The position numbers were made by a program, and so were the translations under genes. 64,000 nucleotides of DNA from Thraustochytrium aureum. Lineage: Eukaryota. The DNA lies in assembly GCA_012862495.1 (NCBI GenBank), contig BLSG01000137.1, positions 13,794 to 77,793 of the forward strand, written 5' to 3'. The notes below the pieces were generated by a model. The model searched no databases and was not told where the DNA came from. It saw only the letters and a list, made by a program, of their open reading frames with translations. Below, piece after piece: positions 61,145-64,000 of this stretch (its first letter is position 1; each line of letters opens with the position of its first letter).

Positions 61145-62603
61145 CACCGGGGTTTCTCGGCTCGGCGTTCGAGCTGCAGCGCGAGGTTCTGCGGCTCCGC
61201 AACGAAGCTAGCTCGGTCAGAGAGGCCCTGGGCGAGGCGCGCGAGGTCATGCGCCGGGAAAAAGCTGGCCGACGGCGCGCAGAGCAGGCCGAGGCATCCC
61301 TCAGGAAAGCGTCGCGATCTTGTCGAACGAGCTCAAGGCCCTCCGGACCCAGCACAAGAGCACGGAAGAGCAGCTGCTCGAGTCTGCTGCCCGCATCCAT
61401 GACCTCGAGGCGCGCATGATTGAAGAAAAAATTAAGATGGCCGAAACGCTCAACAGCATGAACGACATGTTTCGTATCAGCGACAGCAGCAAGGCGGCTC
61501 AGATGCCGGCTCCGGGTCCGCCACGCCCTAGCGCGCCCGCGGCGAGCCCAACAATGCAGCGCGGTCCGTCAGGGGTTGTGGTCGACGACGAACAGGCCGG
61601 GGAGGGCCACGCCGCAACGCTCTGGGTTTCAAATGTTGGCGCCAGCCTGCCAACAGAGTGGAAGGTGCTCAGCGACGCTCGAGGCGTGAGCGCCACCTCG
61701 GTCTGCTACAGCAGGGGCGGGACCCTGCTTGCGTGCGGAGGCAGCGACGGCGTTGTCCAGCTGTGGTCGCCACAGCTGCGGTGCAAGACGCCGGGCGGCA
61801 GCGTCTCAATCAGACAGCCCGTTCTCAGCCTCGACCTGAAAGGTAGCCTGCTGCTTGCGACTGGGGACAGGGTTTGCTATCTCTGGCGGATCACTGGCGA
61901 CACGGGCGGGGCGGGCGACGCCGGTCTTCGGTCCGTTCACCGCCTCACAGGACATTCAAGTTCTGTCGTGACCGGCAAACTGACACCAGATTGTCGGTAC
62001 GCTGCTACAGGAGGGCGCAAGGTCAAGGTTTGGGACGTTGTCTCCGGCGACCCCCTCCGCACGATAGACGCCTTCTCCAAGTGTCTTTCCCTCGATGTGA
62101 ATGAGCAGGGGTCGCTCTTGGTCACGGGCCACGCCGACAAGTCTATCAGGCTCTGGGACTTGCGCACTGCCAAACGTGCTGCAGTTCAGCAGGGTTTGCA
62201 CAAGGCGCCAATCACGTGCGTGAGCTTTTCGCCGGATGGCCAGCGCGTGCTCACGTGCTCCATGGACCACTCGCTGGCCATTCTGGACGTCGCCAAGATG
62301 GGAGAGACAGCCCCGCCGGAGCGGGTCCTCTTCCACCAAGAGTTTCGTGTCAATCCCTGGTGGTGCAAGTCCACGTTTAGCCCCGGCCTCGACTCGACCG
62401 GGTCGCTACTTGTGGCATGCGGCTCCAAGACCGGGAGCCTGCACATTTGGAGCGCGGGCTCAGGCGAGCATCTCTACAGCCAAAAGGCACACGCAGACGC
62501 CGTCTCGTGCACTGCGTGGAGCCCAACCGCCGGGCAGCTTGCCACGTGCGACGCGCAAGGCGGAATCATGCTCTGGACTGCGCCAAAGCGGTCTGCCTCA
62601 TAG
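61145..62603 (+). CDS. ATG16: ATG16L-like coiled coil + WD40 protein (5' in gap, frameshifts near 61300)
   Basis: Coiled coil ELKALRTQ...LEARMIEEKIKMAETLNSMND followed by a WD40 propeller (HRLTGHS, VKVWD, TGHADKSIRLWD, LTCSMDH), the ATG16L1 layout. Confidence 0.75.
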
Positions 62604-63676
62604 AGGCGGCTCCGCGAGCTGGAGCTGCCCACCACTACCACCGACACCAACCTAATGACTTTGCCGCTCTACCCGCGAGCGCTCGAACACTCGTACTGCA
62701 ACCGGTGGCGCCCGCAACGTGACGCCGCAGCGTGAGCAGCGACCGGCAAATCGCAAACGAACCGATCAAGCCCAAGACGGTGGCACGATTAGAAACGCCA
62801 ACTCGCGGCGCAAATCGCGGCGCAACGTTTCGAAGCTTGACTTCAAATCAAGAAGCTCGAGTTGCGCGATCTTGATTTCCCAAGAAGCTCGAGTTGCGCG
62901 TCCGTCCCGTCCCGTCGCTTCCCGATCAAGGCCAGCAACAGCAGCCACTGCTTCCACGGCCGTCGACATGATAAGGTCGCGCTCGGCAGCCCAATCCATC
63001 GCAGGACCCTGATCACTTCCGTCCAGCGCTCGCCCAGAACCCGCTCGCCCCGCAGCCCCGGTACGAGCAGCAGCTCATCATCCTGTTGGGTGGGACCTCA
63101 GCATTGAAGCGGCTGGCTGGCGGTTGCTCGAGCCAGGTGGGCCCTGGCCTCGCTCGACATCCTCGGCCACGCACCGGCAGGCTGGCTGGCTGGCTGGCAG
63201 GCTGGCAGGCTGGCAGGCGGGCAGGCGAGCGGGTACAGTGAGTGCCGGCGGCGCGCCATCGCGGCTGCCAGTTGCGCTCCGGCGGCTTGGCGGGGGCGTT
63301 CTGCGTGTGGGTCGCGCCGGATACAAACGCTCTCGAGAGACGGCCTCGACAGAGACNNNNNNNNNNNNNNNNNNNNNNNNNNNNNNNNNNNNNNNNNNNN
63401 NNNNNNNNNNNNNNNNNNNNNNNNNNNNNNNNNNNNNNNNNNNNNNNNNNNNNNNNNNNNNNNNNNNNNNNNNNNNNNNNNNNNNNNNNNNNNNNNNNNN
63501 NNNNNNNNNNNNNNNNNNNNNNNNNNNNNNNNNNNNNNNNNNNNNNNNNNNNNNNNNNNNNNNNNNNNNNNNNNNNNNNNNNNNNNNNNNNNNNNNNNNN
63601 NNNNNNNNNNNNNNNNNNNNNNNNNNNNNNNNNNNNNNNNNNNNNNNNNNNNNAGAGGACCTGCGGGTGCGAGAAG

Positions 63677-64000
63677 ATGAGGGCTAAGGCGCTGTACGAC
63701 TTTGACGCGCAGAACAGCGACGAGGTTAGCCTCAAGAAGGGCGATCTTGTGGAAGTCACGGACGCGACGGATATCTCAGGGTGGTGGGCGGGTCGCAAGA
63801 TCGGCGGCGGCGAGGGGCTCTTCCCACGAGACTACGTCCAGGTTATTGAGGAGTCTGCGGTGGCTCCAGCCGCTGCCCCTGTGGCTGATGCCGTCGTGGC
63901 TCCGCAAGCACAGCCCGTTGCCTCGAGTACAACTGCGAGTACCACTGCGAGAACCAGCGGGGCCCCGCAAAGCCCAGAATGGTTCGCAGTGCGCGCGCTG
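63677..64000 (+). CDS. SH3-domain protein, probably multi-SH3 (runs off the right edge)
   Basis: MRAKALYDFDAQNSDEVSLKKGDLVEVT...GWWAG...GLFPRDYV; window ends at WFAVRAL, likely the start of a second SH3. Confidence 0.9.
   Translation, partial: MRAKALYDFDAQNSDEVSLKKGDLVEVTDATDISGWWAGRKIGGGEGLFPRDYVQVIEESAVAPAAAPVADAVVAPQAQPVASSTTASTTARTSGAPQSPEWFAVRAL

Noticed and set aside
62766..63104. Short minus-strand ORFs downstream of ATG16
   Set aside because: No recognisable domain, frames are inconsistent, and part consists of a ~20-bp duplication; not enough support for a gene.

Overview
GC-rich, gene-dense, intron-poor eukaryotic draft scaffold with many N gaps and single-base homopolymer indels. 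It looks like a labyrinthulomycete/thraustochytrid-type stramenopile, but that is an inference from GC, short GT-AG introns, (GCAG)n/(GCCA)n microsatellites and gene content. Recognisable genes: RAD21 kleisin (missing from the ORF track) head-to-head with SMC6, a COMM-domain protein, a TMEM185-like protein, a UBXN7-like protein, gamma-tubulin, CIA30/NDUFAF1, a LITAF-like gene plus a decayed tandem copy, a GH99 endo-alpha-mannosidase, an ATG16L-like protein and an SH3 protein. The most interesting content is a set of unusual membrane-protein architectures. (i) A tandem pair of large paralogs with an XK-like TM bundle, LRRs and an unrecognised C-terminal domain that appears homogenised between the copies. 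(ii) A ~2000-aa spliced gene joining a Cys-rich repeat ectodomain, a multi-TM core and RNI-like LRRs. Also noted: a multi-hairpin element in the RAD21/SMC6 spacer, an FKBP-SAM fusion, a possible BAR-HAD fusion, a truncated P-loop NTPase and a P-element-like N-terminal module. No rRNA, tRNA, CRISPR array or intact mobile element was seen.
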